Of a stretch of DNA of 42,176 bases, positions 31,306 through 40,520 are shown piece by piece. Source of the stretch: a virus; the IMG/VR virus record IMGVR_UViG_3300042922_000210, positions 1 to 42,176 of that record; one strand, 5' to 3'. Every line of letters starts with the position of its first letter. Position 1 is the first letter of the stretch. Below the pieces are notes generated by a model. That model saw only the letters and a list, made by a program, of their open reading frames with translations. It searched no databases and was not told the DNA's origin. Both the position numbers and the translations under genes were made by a program.

Positions 31306-33351
31306 CTATACCGCTGTACCATTCGAATCCATCCATCCATCATTTGCAACGTTTCTATATATCATTTTACTGATTGTTGTATCCAAGAACGGTTGTCCCG
31401 GCGCTAAGCTTTTAAATGTGCGTCCGCCAATAGTGAAGTTCTGCAATACTGGCCTTTCCGCTGTAGTACCCGATAGTACGATAGGTATAGGGGTGACGAT
31501 AGCACCGTATAAAAAGTTTTCATCTCCTGTGTAGTATCCTGTAATCGTCCAACCGACACAGCCATATTTCAAGGGATTTCCTGTTAAAAAAACTGTGCCT
31601 ATTGGCAGAGCCATCGAACCGGCATAATTAGCCCCATCAAAGTTATAGTACGGGTTATCCACTCCCAAAAAAATTACTCTTGGTGTTAATTGATTAAAGG
31701 TGTTGTAATCATCAATAGGTCCTAGCGAGCCGATGAACTGTCTTGGACTTTTAAAGACAGTTGGGCTTTCAAGTCCAAATAACCCGATTTCCGTTGAGCC
31801 TTTTGGTGTTATTTTTGCATAGCTATTATTGATGTCCAGGTTAGTGGGTCTGGTGTTGTATTTGTCTCTCATTTGAACATTATTGAGCGTGAGAGCACAT
31901 CTGTATCCAAGTTGATATAGACTACCTTCGCTCACCTTCTGAGGAGTATGAACATCACCGATCGTTCCATTATTTATCGTTAAACGTGATTCAGTGCCTA
32001 CTTTAAATACTGTAGAGCCAACATCAAAGTTACCTAATAGCGTTGGAGTATTAATTGTAACGTTGCTATTTCCATCAACTTCAACGATTGTCTTCGCATG
32101 ATTACAGTCCTCACATCCAACACCAGATAAATCCCAATCAGCATTAACAAAATAATAGACAGTCCCTTTTCCGCTGTCACAGGCCAAGTTGTTTCCGGAT
32201 GAATAAATTCCTCTTAATTCATACGCAATCGCAGTATCATCAGCGCGAGAATTAAGAACATAGCATTTGGATAGGTAATTGCTTGTTCCGAGTCGCAGCA
32301 TTGAGAATCCTTTGTGCCACCCAGTAAAAAGATTATTTGTAACAGTCGATTGGAATAAGTGATGTCTAAATTGTAATGATATATCTGATCCAATCTCACA
32401 GCTATTAATTGTGCAAAACGAAGTGTTAGTATAACTTACGACCCCATAAGCAGTGAAATTGGCAGTGTCAAAGTCGATAATTCCGTCAATAAATATGTTA
32501 TGGATCTCTTGATTGGCCTGAACATATCCCTCTATCACTTTTGATTTATTGGCTAAAATGACAACGGCATCAGTATCAGCATAAATCGAACCATCATTCA
32601 GAGTGAAATGATTATGTTTAAAAATACGAGTGCCCTTTTGCTCAGCACCGAAACTCCTGCCATCTCCAATTAGCCTCATCCCATCCCAATGTAATAACGG
32701 ATAGGTCATATTATATTCGCCTTTAGGTACTTGAATGGTATATCGTCCAATGTCGTATCCGTAGTCGATTGCCAATTGAATAGCCGCCCAATCTACTTGA
32801 TCAGTCAGCGCCTGGGCATGTGGATATTTCATTTGGGCTAAAGCAAGGGACGGAAAATAATCGGATAACGGATGTGAACCCCCGTCACCGATTGCTCCAA
32901 AACTTTTTACGTTAAGGCCTAAATCCACTAAACGTTCCGTAGTTTCCGCCAACCGCGCATCAACGTCATTGAGTCTGGCGCCAAGAATCGGGAAAGCCTC
33001 TCCTGTAGCCGGCTGTCTGGCATCAAGAATCTCCGTGTTACTCGCACCGGCTCCTGCCACGATGGTACTCACTCTTTGATCAGTTGCATCAATGGCTTGC
33101 TTAACGTTGCTGGCTGCTATTGGCCCTGTATACGTGATTGCTGACGATGAGTGGGCAGACGCTGAAGCCTCATGCGTATTGATAGACCCCTGAGCTGCTG
33201 CTGCTAAAGACGCCGCAGCTGAAATATCAGTATCACGCTCAGCTAATTGACCATCGACATATACCTTAGATACAGATGCTTGCCCTACTAGGTCAGCTGG
33301 GATCACGCCACCATCTATAAACTGCTGTGCAATATCGCCTTGTGAGCTCAT
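31306..33351 (-). CDS. tailspike with pectate-lyase-superfamily beta-helix (681 aa)
   Basis: LNVKSFGAIGDGGSHPLSDYF is the Pectate_lyase_3-type N-cap motif; long beta-helix-like body. Confidence 0.85.
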   Translation of the reverse strand: MSSQGDIAQQFIDGGVIPADLVGQASVSKVYVDGQLAERDTDISAAASLAAAAQGSINTHEASASAHSSSAITYTGPIAASNVKQAIDATDQRVSTIVAGAGASNTEILDARQPATGEAFPILGARLNDVDARLAETTERLVDLGLNVKSFGAIGDGGSHPLSDYFPSLALAQMKYPHAQALTDQVDWAAIQLAIDYGYDIGRYTIQVPKGEYNMTYPLLHWDGMRLIGDGRSFGAEQKGTRIFKHNHFTLNDGSIYADTDAVVILANKSKVIEGYVQANQEIHNIFIDGIIDFDTANFTAYGVVSYTNTSFCTINSCEIGSDISLQFRHHLFQSTVTNNLFTGWHKGFSMLRLGTSNYLSKCYVLNSRADDTAIAYELRGIYSSGNNLACDSGKGTVYYFVNADWDLSGVGCEDCNHAKTIVEVDGNSNVTINTPTLLGNFDVGSTVFKVGTESRLTINNGTIGDVHTPQKVSEGSLYQLGYRCALTLNNVQMRDKYNTRPTNLDINNSYAKITPKGSTEIGLFGLESPTVFKSPRQFIGSLGPIDDYNTFNQLTPRVIFLGVDNPYYNFDGANYAGSMALPIGTVFLTGNPLKYGCVGWTITGYYTGDENFLYGAIVTPIPIVLSGTTAERPVLQNFTIGGRTFKSLAPGQPFLDTTISKMIYRNVANDGWMDSNGTAV

Positions 33352-33932
33352 AACAACCCCCCCATGACATCTTCAATGACAAGGTAATCCGGTGTTTCAT
33401 CATTGACTTTGTTAAATTCTTCAATTAAACCGTTATATTTCGCTGTGTAATTGTTAACCATCGCCACATCATTGAAGTTCTCCGCGATTTGTACCAATGT
33501 CCCATACACCAGCAGCATGTGAAAGTCTGCATCAAGCTCCGGTACTGCTGTCAGAGTTGAAACAGATAATTGAGTTGGGTACTTGTTGTAGAACAGCGTC
33601 AGGCCGCCTGTAACGTCCTCTGTGGGTGTTGGGTAGATAGCAAAGCCTGTTGTTCCCACAAAGTAATAGAACGGCGTATTTGAAGCCCTGCGAACGTCCT
33701 GGTATCGATGTTCAACACCATTAGCGAACACTCCAACCAAGCTTGATTTTGGAAATGGTAGGTTGTAAGCAAATACCTCTTTCTGCAGGTTATATATCGC
33801 CAAACTGCGCACCGGGAATGTTGTTCGGAACAGTTCATTTTGTACCTGGTTAACCTTGCGGATTACACTATCATTGGACAGGCCATGAGGGTACTTCTCG
33901 GTTATTTCATCTATGATCTCCTGTAGAGTCAC
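33348..33932 (-). CDS. virion protein (194 aa), head-tail connector position
   Basis: GTG at 33932, 5 nt after AGGGGTG; function assigned by position only. Confidence 0.65.
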   Translation of the reverse strand: MTLQEIIDEITEKYPHGLSNDSVIRKVNQVQNELFRTTFPVRSLAIYNLQKEVFAYNLPFPKSSLVGVFANGVEHRYQDVRRASNTPFYYFVGTTGFAIYPTPTEDVTGGLTLFYNKYPTQLSVSTLTAVPELDADFHMLLVYGTLVQIAENFNDVAMVNNYTAKYNGLIEEFNKVNDETPDYLVIEDVMGGLL

Positions 33933-33952
33933 GTTATCACCCCTTAATAGAC

Positions 33953-33974
33953 AAAAAGGCCCCATTGCGGGGCC
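33953..33974 (-). terminator. intrinsic terminator after the 96-aa head gene
   Basis: GGCCCC-gcaat-GGGGCC followed by TTTTTGTCTATT. Confidence 0.8.
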
Positions 33975-33978
33975 AGTG

Positions 33979-34269
33979 TCACATTACTTTGATTTCTTGG
34001 CTCGTGCTTCTTTCAATGCGTTGATTGACAGCCCGGGTCCGTTCGTATGAGTCCTGCCAAATCTCAGCAATCACCTGTGGGACTTCTACTGTAATTCCCC
34101 GCGGAATCGCGTATATTACGCCGTTAAATCCAACTGGAACGACTTTGTCAGATGGGTTCTGAGGGTCGTCCGGGATGATTATTTTCACTTTCGGCATTTC
34201 CTGCAGTTGTTGTGCTGCGCTTTTTTCTGCTTCTGCTGCTTGTTTTTCGAGTGATTTTTCTGTTGCCAT
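33979..34269 (-). CDS. hypothetical head-module protein (96 aa)
   Basis: ORF track; RBS GAGGAGGAA. Confidence 0.7.
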   Translation of the reverse strand: MATEKSLEKQAAEAEKSAAQQLQEMPKVKIIIPDDPQNPSDKVVPVGFNGVIYAIPRGITVEVPQVIAEIWQDSYERTRAVNQRIERSTSQEIKVM

Positions 34270-34284
34270 GGTGGTTCCTCCTCA

Positions 34285-34310
34285 AATTAAAAGGGAGCCG
34301 TTAGGCCCCC
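34285..34310 (-). terminator. intrinsic terminator immediately after the capsid gene
   Basis: GGGGGCC-taac-GGCTCCC followed by TTTTAATTT (the G-U pair is minus-strand specific). Confidence 0.7.
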
Positions 34311-34323
34311 TCATTCAGTGATT

Positions 34324-35286
34324 TTATACAGATGCGCCAGATTCGTAACGGATGATAGCCAGTTCCTGCAAACGAACAGCAGTGAATGCACATTTCCATG
34401 CGATGGTGTTGAATTGGTTCAATGGGTCAGCAGATCCGGCGGAACCGGCAGGGTGTACGATGATTTCAGGCTTCATGCTGCCGCCGATGTCAGGCAAGCC
34501 ATAAGCGCCCCGGCCCAGGAAGATAGTGCCGTAGATGTCCGCAGACGATGCACCGGCACCAGTGAATTTCACACCGTTATCCACTTCCATGAAGTAGATG
34601 CCGTATATTTTGCCCAGGATACCTTCTTCGCGGTTCTTGGTGTCTACGTAGGTGTTTTGATCTTTCCATTCCTGTGTCTGCATAAGGTCCATTGCTACGA
34701 AAGGATGTACCAGAGCCACAAACCCAGAGCCACCACCAGGAAGTTTGATTTCCTTGACTCTATTATTCTTCATGGTGCGTCGTACCTTCAGGATGTCTGC
34801 AGCAGTAATCTTGTCGGTTGCAGCTGTGAGGATTCGGGAAGCTTTACCGTTGGCATAAATTACGTTCGTTCCTGCGGCCACGATGTCGCGCACGATGGTG
34901 TCAATGGATTCACCAGCGTTTTCACCCATAAGTCCAGACGCTTCAGTCAAGAGTGGGTCATATCCTGTCATGTTGATGAATTCAGAAATCTTGGTCCAGC
35001 TGCCATATTCGGCTACTGTGGCTGTGATTGCCACGATATCCAGGTTTACGCCGTCTGGTGTAACACCCTCGGTCAGTGCCGTTGTAGATACGGCCAGAGA
35101 ATTAAGCCGGCGGAAGCTTGTTGTAGCACCTTTGCGATTCGGGATAGTCTTCTTCTCGCCGAACTGCGTCCATTTGAGTTCCGGCAGCAGTCTTTCGAGC
35201 AATTCATCCTGGAAATACGTATGTTGTTCTGCGGTAAGTGCATTTACTCCGGCTGTTGCGTTATACCCTTGTACTGATGTTGCCAT
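34324..35286 (-). CDS. major capsid protein (N4-gp56-family type)
   Basis: TAEQHTYFQDELLERLLPELKWTQFGEKKTIPNRKGATTSFRRLNSL...TEGVTPDG matches the family signature; follows the scaffold. Confidence 0.88.
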   Translation of the reverse strand: MATSVQGYNATAGVNALTAEQHTYFQDELLERLLPELKWTQFGEKKTIPNRKGATTSFRRLNSLAVSTTALTEGVTPDGVNLDIVAITATVAEYGSWTKISEFINMTGYDPLLTEASGLMGENAGESIDTIVRDIVAAGTNVIYANGKASRILTAATDKITAADILKVRRTMKNNRVKEIKLPGGGSGFVALVHPFVAMDLMQTQEWKDQNTYVDTKNREEGILGKIYGIYFMEVDNGVKFTGAGASSADIYGTIFLGRGAYGLPDIGGSMKPEIIVHPAGSAGSADPLNQFNTIAWKCAFTAVRLQELAIIRYESGASV

Positions 35287-35300
35287 GGTAAGTCATCCCC

Positions 35301-36098
35301 TTAGTATGGTTGTCCGCGCTTAATGGCCTCACGGTACGCTTTTCGCTCTGCTGGAGACATCGCCATGTATCCTGTGGCCTGTTCCGGTGCGTCAGCGCCC
35401 AGTGCGCCTGTTGAGCTGTCGGCATTTTGTTGCAGTCTTCGTATGGCCTCCTGCTGGGCCTGTTGCGATGCGGTTGTTACCCGCGTGTCGTAAGTAAGGA
35501 TCTTGTAGGCATCATCCAAGCTGTATCCTTTAACTGCGGCAAGGTTGATGACATCCATTTTGTGCTGTGCAAAGTTTGGATAGTTAGCGATATCGCTCTC
35601 CATGCTTGATATTTGAGCCTCCACCTTCTGGAGTGCATCCTGTTCGGACCGTTGTTGGTCGCGCTGCTTCAGTTGATCAAGCTCACTCTTCAGTGGCTGG
35701 ACGTATTCTCGTATTACATCCTCCGACACACCGAGACGATCCGCCTCTTCAGTGATGCGGCGGTCTGTTTCGGCCTGTTCCAGCGCTTCCATGTAAGATT
35801 CGTGAGTATCAAACCCGTAATATTTCGCAACACGGTCAAGTGATTGCTGATAACGCTCGGCTTGCTGGGCTTTTTCGGATACCTTGTCATAGTTCAAACC
35901 TTTCTGAACCCAATTCGGAACCTCATCCTCTGGCACAAAGCGTTCTTCCTTGTTGTACTTGACCTTTATCCCTCTAGGTTCCTCCGCTGGTGTTGCAGTC
36001 TCCCCTGTGGCTTGTGATTCAACTGTCTCCGTTACCGATGCTTGCTCAGTAACCGGTTCTGCCTGTTCAATGCCGCTATGGTTGGCGGTCTCTTCCAT
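35301..36098 (-). CDS. scaffolding protein
   Basis: Acidic, helical, 265 aa, between portal and capsid. Confidence 0.75.
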   Translation of the reverse strand: MEETANHSGIEQAEPVTEQASVTETVESQATGETATPAEEPRGIKVKYNKEERFVPEDEVPNWVQKGLNYDKVSEKAQQAERYQQSLDRVAKYYGFDTHESYMEALEQAETDRRITEEADRLGVSEDVIREYVQPLKSELDQLKQRDQQRSEQDALQKVEAQISSMESDIANYPNFAQHKMDVINLAAVKGYSLDDAYKILTYDTRVTTASQQAQQEAIRRLQQNADSSTGALGADAPEQATGYMAMSPAERKAYREAIKRGQPY

Positions 36099-36141
36099 GT
36101 GTAACGCCTCCTTGCCCTATGGTTGGGGCAAATTTGTATAT

Positions 36142-36173
36142 AAAAAGGGCCACCGCAGTCTCAGCGGAAGCCC
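36142..36173 (-). terminator. intrinsic terminator after the portal gene
   Basis: GGGCTTCCGC-tgagact-GCGGTGGCCC followed by TTTTTATATAC. Confidence 0.8.
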
Positions 36174-36179
36174 TATGTT

Positions 36180-37916
36180 TTACATTCCTACGGCTGTAGG
36201 TTGATTCGGCACTGCTTGTGATACTTGTGGAGCTAAGATGTTCTGCTGAAGGAACATAAATTGTTGATCCGGCTGCATGGACTGGAACATTTCTCTTTCC
36301 TCCGGCTGCATGGAAGCGACTAATTGTTCCATTTGGCCGATAACACCTTTCTTCTCTTCCATTTCCTTCATGAGGCGGTCTCTGAACGGAACGACAGCAT
36401 GCGGCGCATACTTGAGATACTGCATATAGTCGATATCCCCACGGTCCAGAGCCTTGTCCAAGCTCGACAACATGAGTGATTCGGAGTAAGTGGATGAAGG
36501 TCCAACATCAATTTTGAGCGACATCGGCACGTCCTGGTACTGTGATCCGTCAAACATTGCCGGATATTCCTCGCCATCATCGTCTTTTAGAGTGACTTGG
36601 CGCGGTAGATTGTACTTTACCTTCCAAATGTCCTCCCATATGCGGCCAATGTCCTCAATAAAGGAGTAAAAACGGCGCTTAATGGACTCAATTGGGATGG
36701 CTGAAGCCTTTTGCAGCAGCATGATAGCAGTGGCATTGAGATCAGCTGATGGTGCAGATCCTGTTGAAGCTTCATCGGCCCCGGTCATTTGGCGTGTATA
36801 GGTCAGTATGGACTCTACCAAGCTGCCAGCAACGGAGCTGATGTTACCGGGTGTTAGGTACTTGGCCCCGTCACCCTGGCCCACGGGTAGGTGATCCTCG
36901 ATCATTTCACCAGGGGCATTGGTTACCTTGCTCGGATCAATCGCGCCTTTCTTGTAAATGAGCTTGGGCCAGCCTGTGAGCTGCACAGATAGTATCTGCA
37001 TAGCGACCAGTGTGTTAATAGCCTTTTGGTTCGGGATCAATCCCTCAGTGTCTCCTATACCGCGTATTGACTTCTTGCGGCGTTCCCATTGCATGACCGC
37101 GATAGGATACCGGCTCAGCATTGTGTCCGTAGGCTTCTTGATGGTCATGCCACCAGCAACTTTGCAGAACATGATCTTGCCGCCGTTGCCCTTCCAGTAC
37201 TTGGTGATAACTGCAATCTTCTTGCTGTCGTCAATCTCGACCTTTGCAAGATCATACCCCTCATCCTCTGTGTCCTTGTCCGGCTTGATCTGGGATACCA
37301 TTTCCTTGCTCATGCCATTCTTTCTGGCGTATTCACGGACACTGTTGACGCTCTCGCGGCTGCTGATTATGATGTATGGCTGTCGTTGTACATTACGCTG
37401 CTGCTCATTACCAAAGAATATGTTGATCGGGTCAATGACCTCGCCGTCCATTTCACCGATGAAAGGGAACTTCACGCCGCCTTGGATACTCATATCGTAG
37501 TGATAATGCACGGCCACTGTGCCTGTGTTGGCTGCAATGTCCAGCGCTTCCTCATTGATATCGTCCTGCTTGACGCGTTCCCAGGTAGCTGCTGAGTACC
37601 GGCTGAACAAATCGCCTGTATCATCTTGCTCCATGGTTTCGTCTGCTTCTTCACGACTGAACAGCATGTTAATTTGCTCACTCATGACGTTGGCGACCTT
37701 ATGCGTCTCAATCATCTTGATCAAATTAAACACCGGACGCGGCAGTGATTTGGTTCGTGGTGTCGCTGGAGGCCATTGGTCACCTGCTCTGAACCTCTCA
37801 TACTCCGGCCATTTGTCCAGGTAACCCATCTTGCGCAGGAAGGATAGGCCCTCTTTGTATTGCTTCTCTACCTCTCCAGCCAGCTTGTCATACGTTGTCG
37901 CCTCTTCCCTTGCCAT
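36180..37916 (-). CDS. portal protein (578 aa)
   Basis: Size and position after terL; FRAGDQWPPATPRTKSLPRPVFNLI. Confidence 0.85.
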   Translation of the reverse strand: MAREEATTYDKLAGEVEKQYKEGLSFLRKMGYLDKWPEYERFRAGDQWPPATPRTKSLPRPVFNLIKMIETHKVANVMSEQINMLFSREEADETMEQDDTGDLFSRYSAATWERVKQDDINEEALDIAANTGTVAVHYHYDMSIQGGVKFPFIGEMDGEVIDPINIFFGNEQQRNVQRQPYIIISSRESVNSVREYARKNGMSKEMVSQIKPDKDTEDEGYDLAKVEIDDSKKIAVITKYWKGNGGKIMFCKVAGGMTIKKPTDTMLSRYPIAVMQWERRKKSIRGIGDTEGLIPNQKAINTLVAMQILSVQLTGWPKLIYKKGAIDPSKVTNAPGEMIEDHLPVGQGDGAKYLTPGNISSVAGSLVESILTYTRQMTGADEASTGSAPSADLNATAIMLLQKASAIPIESIKRRFYSFIEDIGRIWEDIWKVKYNLPRQVTLKDDDGEEYPAMFDGSQYQDVPMSLKIDVGPSSTYSESLMLSSLDKALDRGDIDYMQYLKYAPHAVVPFRDRLMKEMEEKKGVIGQMEQLVASMQPEEREMFQSMQPDQQFMFLQQNILAPQVSQAVPNQPTAVGM

Positions 37917-38105
37917 TTACTCACCTTCTTTCTGTGCGCCTAGCCACTCGGCCACGATACTTTCAACTTCCTGTTTGACCTCCGGTGGTGTCGGCTTCAC
38001 TTCGCCTATGAATTCGCGCATCTTCGCATTGATTAGTGCGGTTGTCTCTTCCTCCAGGTTTGGCAACTTAAGTAGCTCACCAAGGTCTGCGGCCTCTTTT
38101 ACCAT
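37917..38105 (-). CDS. hypothetical protein (62 aa)
   Basis: ORF track; wedged between terL and portal. Confidence 0.6.
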   Translation of the reverse strand: MVKEAADLGELLKLPNLEEETTALINAKMREFIGEVKPTPPEVKQEVESIVAEWLGAQKEGE

Positions 38106-39574
38106 GCTAAGTAATCACCTCCGGTGGGTTCGTCTGTGCGGAATGGGAACGGTGTGACAGGTGTTTCTATCGCCTTCTGCAGCAATCTACTTTCCTGCTG
38201 TCCTCGGCTGTAATAAGCAATCGCAAGGGCCATGATCAAATCATCATGAGCGCCTTCTTGTGCCTGTGGTCGCCCTTTCTCGTTGCGTACAAAGGTCAAC
38301 ATCTCGTTCAGCGTATCGATATCGTTGATAAGGTTCACGGACTCACGTACGATCTTCACTAGTTCAGCTATTGCCGAAGGACGGGTAAGCTTATCTGTTC
38401 GGAAGCCATACGCTTTGGTAATGGAACCGGTGAATGTATCCTCGCGCTCCCGGATGTACTGATTCGTATACTCAAGTCGGCTGAGTACCTTAACCGGATG
38501 GCTGCTGAAATTGGTTTCAATGCTCTCCAGCGCGTAATTGTAATGCTTTCCTAGGCAATACATCTGCTCTGCATACAAATCCTCGTCAAACTGGTTCTTA
38601 TACACGGCTGATTGCCTGCCTGTGACGTTGTTGATCACTTGGCCTATAAAGTTATCCGATCCATCACCAGCCGTGTCACCGCCGATTACATAAGGTGTCT
38701 GCGACTGCGGTCTCTCAAATAACTTGATATACCCGTTGTCGTCCTCAATCCACTTGATAGTGCTGTCCATGATCTTATCTGCAGCATCTTTCTGATAAAC
38801 AAAATACCCTCGCTGCACCAATGGATCATGGTCGCGAAGGTATGAGATGCGCTCACTTACTTTCTGAGCGTTGAATATGGTCTTACCAAGCACTCCCCAT
38901 TCTCCAAGCGCGTACACCTGGTAGAAGTATGGGTCGGTCTCCCTGAACGCCTCCAGCACCTTAATGGCTTCATCGTCCAGGAACTTATTGTGCTTGTATG
39001 TGCTGTGGATCGTAGTGGCGTTTGGCTTGGGTTGATCGAAGAATTCTTTCTTCAGCCAATGGTTGATGTCAATCGGGTTAAAGGTGATCATCATCTGCTT
39101 GTAATTGATATGCTTGCCACGTAACCGGATATCTAGCTGCCTGAAGTCTTCCGGTGAACACTCGCTTGCTTCTTCCATCCAGACGCTGGTGACACCTGAA
39201 ATGGACTTAAGCTTCTCTACATCATCCAATCCAGCAAATAGGATCTCATTGCCGTTGATGCAGCTTATGTGCAGTTCTGAGCTCGTTCCTTTCGGAATCT
39301 TGAACAGCTTTTCCAAGCCCCACCGGTATATCGCGTTCTTAAGCTCCATAAACACCGATTCACGCAGCGTCTTCGCTACCTTACGTAGTACGAGGATACG
39401 GTGCTTCTGTTCAGTCAGTAGCCGGAAGATGATCTTCTGAGCCGTAAACACCGACTTACCCGAACCGCCGCCGCCCATCAGCACCAAGTATCTATCCTTA
39501 TTCATGTAAAGGGGATAGAACCGATCATTCGTAAGGTTCGGCAACTCGGTTAAGTCGATGTTAATTGTCGGCAT
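38099..39574 (-). CDS. terL: terminase large subunit (PBSX family)
   Basis: Walker A YLVLMGGGGSGKSVF; C-terminal nuclease GGDTAGDGSD...AHDDLIMALA. Confidence 0.95.
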   Translation of the reverse strand: MPTINIDLTELPNLTNDRFYPLYMNKDRYLVLMGGGGSGKSVFTAQKIIFRLLTEQKHRILVLRKVAKTLRESVFMELKNAIYRWGLEKLFKIPKGTSSELHISCINGNEILFAGLDDVEKLKSISGVTSVWMEEASECSPEDFRQLDIRLRGKHINYKQMMITFNPIDINHWLKKEFFDQPKPNATTIHSTYKHNKFLDDEAIKVLEAFRETDPYFYQVYALGEWGVLGKTIFNAQKVSERISYLRDHDPLVQRGYFVYQKDAADKIMDSTIKWIEDDNGYIKLFERPQSQTPYVIGGDTAGDGSDNFIGQVINNVTGRQSAVYKNQFDEDLYAEQMYCLGKHYNYALESIETNFSSHPVKVLSRLEYTNQYIREREDTFTGSITKAYGFRTDKLTRPSAIAELVKIVRESVNLINDIDTLNEMLTFVRNEKGRPQAQEGAHDDLIMALAIAYYSRGQQESRLLQKAIETPVTPFPFRTDEPTGGDYLAW

Positions 39575-40055
39575 CTGGGGTCAATCCTTTCGGTAAGGAC
39601 ACTTTTATGTTGAGTTCACCTTCTATGCCAAGCTCTTGCTTATCTCTCCACTGCTGCGGCTTACGGTTCTTCAGCCAGAAGATTTGAGCAGTAGTATCTG
39701 GTACCACTTGCTTACGAACAATCTTTGTTACAGCCACTTTTGGAGTTCCGTCTGGATTTAATATAGGATCACCCAGCATGTTATATAGAGGTTCGTGTGT
39801 GATTTCATCAAATTCATATCCAAGAGCCCGTTTGTACAAAGAATTCTCGACAATCGCGTCTGCAAATTCCCTATTCCTTTTTAAGGCCTCTAACAACTCA
39901 GGATATTTTTTTTGATACTCATACATACTTGCAGCAGAAACCTCTAGGTTAGCCGCGATATCTTCAACAGTTAATCCGTCCCTGCACCATGCCTCAATGA
40001 GCAGGAGTTTCGGTTCAACGTTGGAATGGTACTTGCTTGGTCTGCCTCCTGCCAT
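39561..40055 (-). CDS. terS: terminase small subunit
   Basis: MAGGRPSKY...GLTVEDIAANLEVSAASMYEYQKKYPELLEALK...SLYKRALGY. ATG at 40055, 6 nt after GGGAGGTG. Confidence 0.8.
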   Translation of the reverse strand: MAGGRPSKYHSNVEPKLLLIEAWCRDGLTVEDIAANLEVSAASMYEYQKKYPELLEALKRNREFADAIVENSLYKRALGYEFDEITHEPLYNMLGDPILNPDGTPKVAVTKIVRKQVVPDTTAQIFWLKNRKPQQWRDKQELGIEGELNIKVSLPKGLTPDADN

Positions 40056-40145
40056 TGTGTTCACCTCCCTCTAATCTAACTTAATTGCGCTATAATTCAC
40101 GCCTATTTTCGATTTACAAAGTATAACACTCGTAATTTCGGAGAC

Positions 40146-40364
40146 TTATACTGTTGTAGTCTGCGCATTTGCGTCATATCTCGCCTGTGATGGCTTAGTT
40201 GATATATACGTTTGGCCGTCTCCCGGATACGTTACGGCGCCACTCAGTGGTGATCCAATGCTTGTTGCTGCGCCAATAGGCTTTACTCCCACTGGTTTAA
40301 GCTGCTGATACTTCATAATTTCCTCTGGCGTACCTTCAACCGTTCCATCTGGATGTAGTTTCAT
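40146..40364 (-). CDS. hypothetical protein (72 aa), first gene of the packaging operon
   Basis: ORF track; RBS GAGGTGGTGAG. Confidence 0.65.
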   Translation of the reverse strand: MKLHPDGTVEGTPEEIMKYQQLKPVGVKPIGAATSIGSPLSGAVTYPGDGQTYISTKPSQARYDANAQTTTV

Positions 40365-40392
40365 CTATCTCACCACCTCGATCACTATAGTC

Positions 40393-40422
40393 ATCATAAT
40401 GATAAATATAATAGATAAGTAA
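40393..40422 (-). promoter_or_regulatory. candidate promoter TTACTT-18-TATGAT for the packaging operon
   Basis: Read on the minus strand in the AT-rich 120 nt between terminator and ATG 40364. Confidence 0.3.
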
Positions 40423-40441
40423 TACTCTGAATGCCTCATTG

Positions 40442-40479
40442 CGGCCCCCGTTTCACTGGGTAATTCGGTCGAATCGATG
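40442..40479 (-). repeat. conserved element, copy B (immediately 3' of the leader terminator)
   Basis: Minus strand CATCGATTCGACCGAATTACCCAGTGAAACGGGGGCCG. Confidence 0.55.
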
Positions 40480-40486
40480 CAGAGAT

Positions 40487-40520
40487 AAAAACAAAAAAGG
40501 CAACGGCGTATACCGTTACC
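40487..40520 (-). terminator. strong intrinsic terminator ending the ORF-free leader
   Basis: GGTAACGG-tatacg-CCGTTGCC followed by TTTTTTGTTTTT. Confidence 0.85.

Noticed and set aside
34318-35277. 319-aa plus-strand ORF, with similar long plus-strand ORFs at 20178..20786, 36958..37500, 7756..8160 and 12117..12590
   Set aside because: These are antisense shadows of well-supported minus-strand genes (capsid, endolysin, portal, DnaB, RecT). Their composition is Cys/Ser/Leu-rich and they have no RBS.
40461-40480. tRNA T-arm-like string ggtcgaatcgatg; tRNA, tmRNA and CRISPR searched by eye
   Set aside because: There is no cloverleaf, acceptor stem or CCA context. No regularly spaced 25-40-bp repeats occur anywhere in the window. 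I recognised no rRNA, tRNA or CRISPR array.
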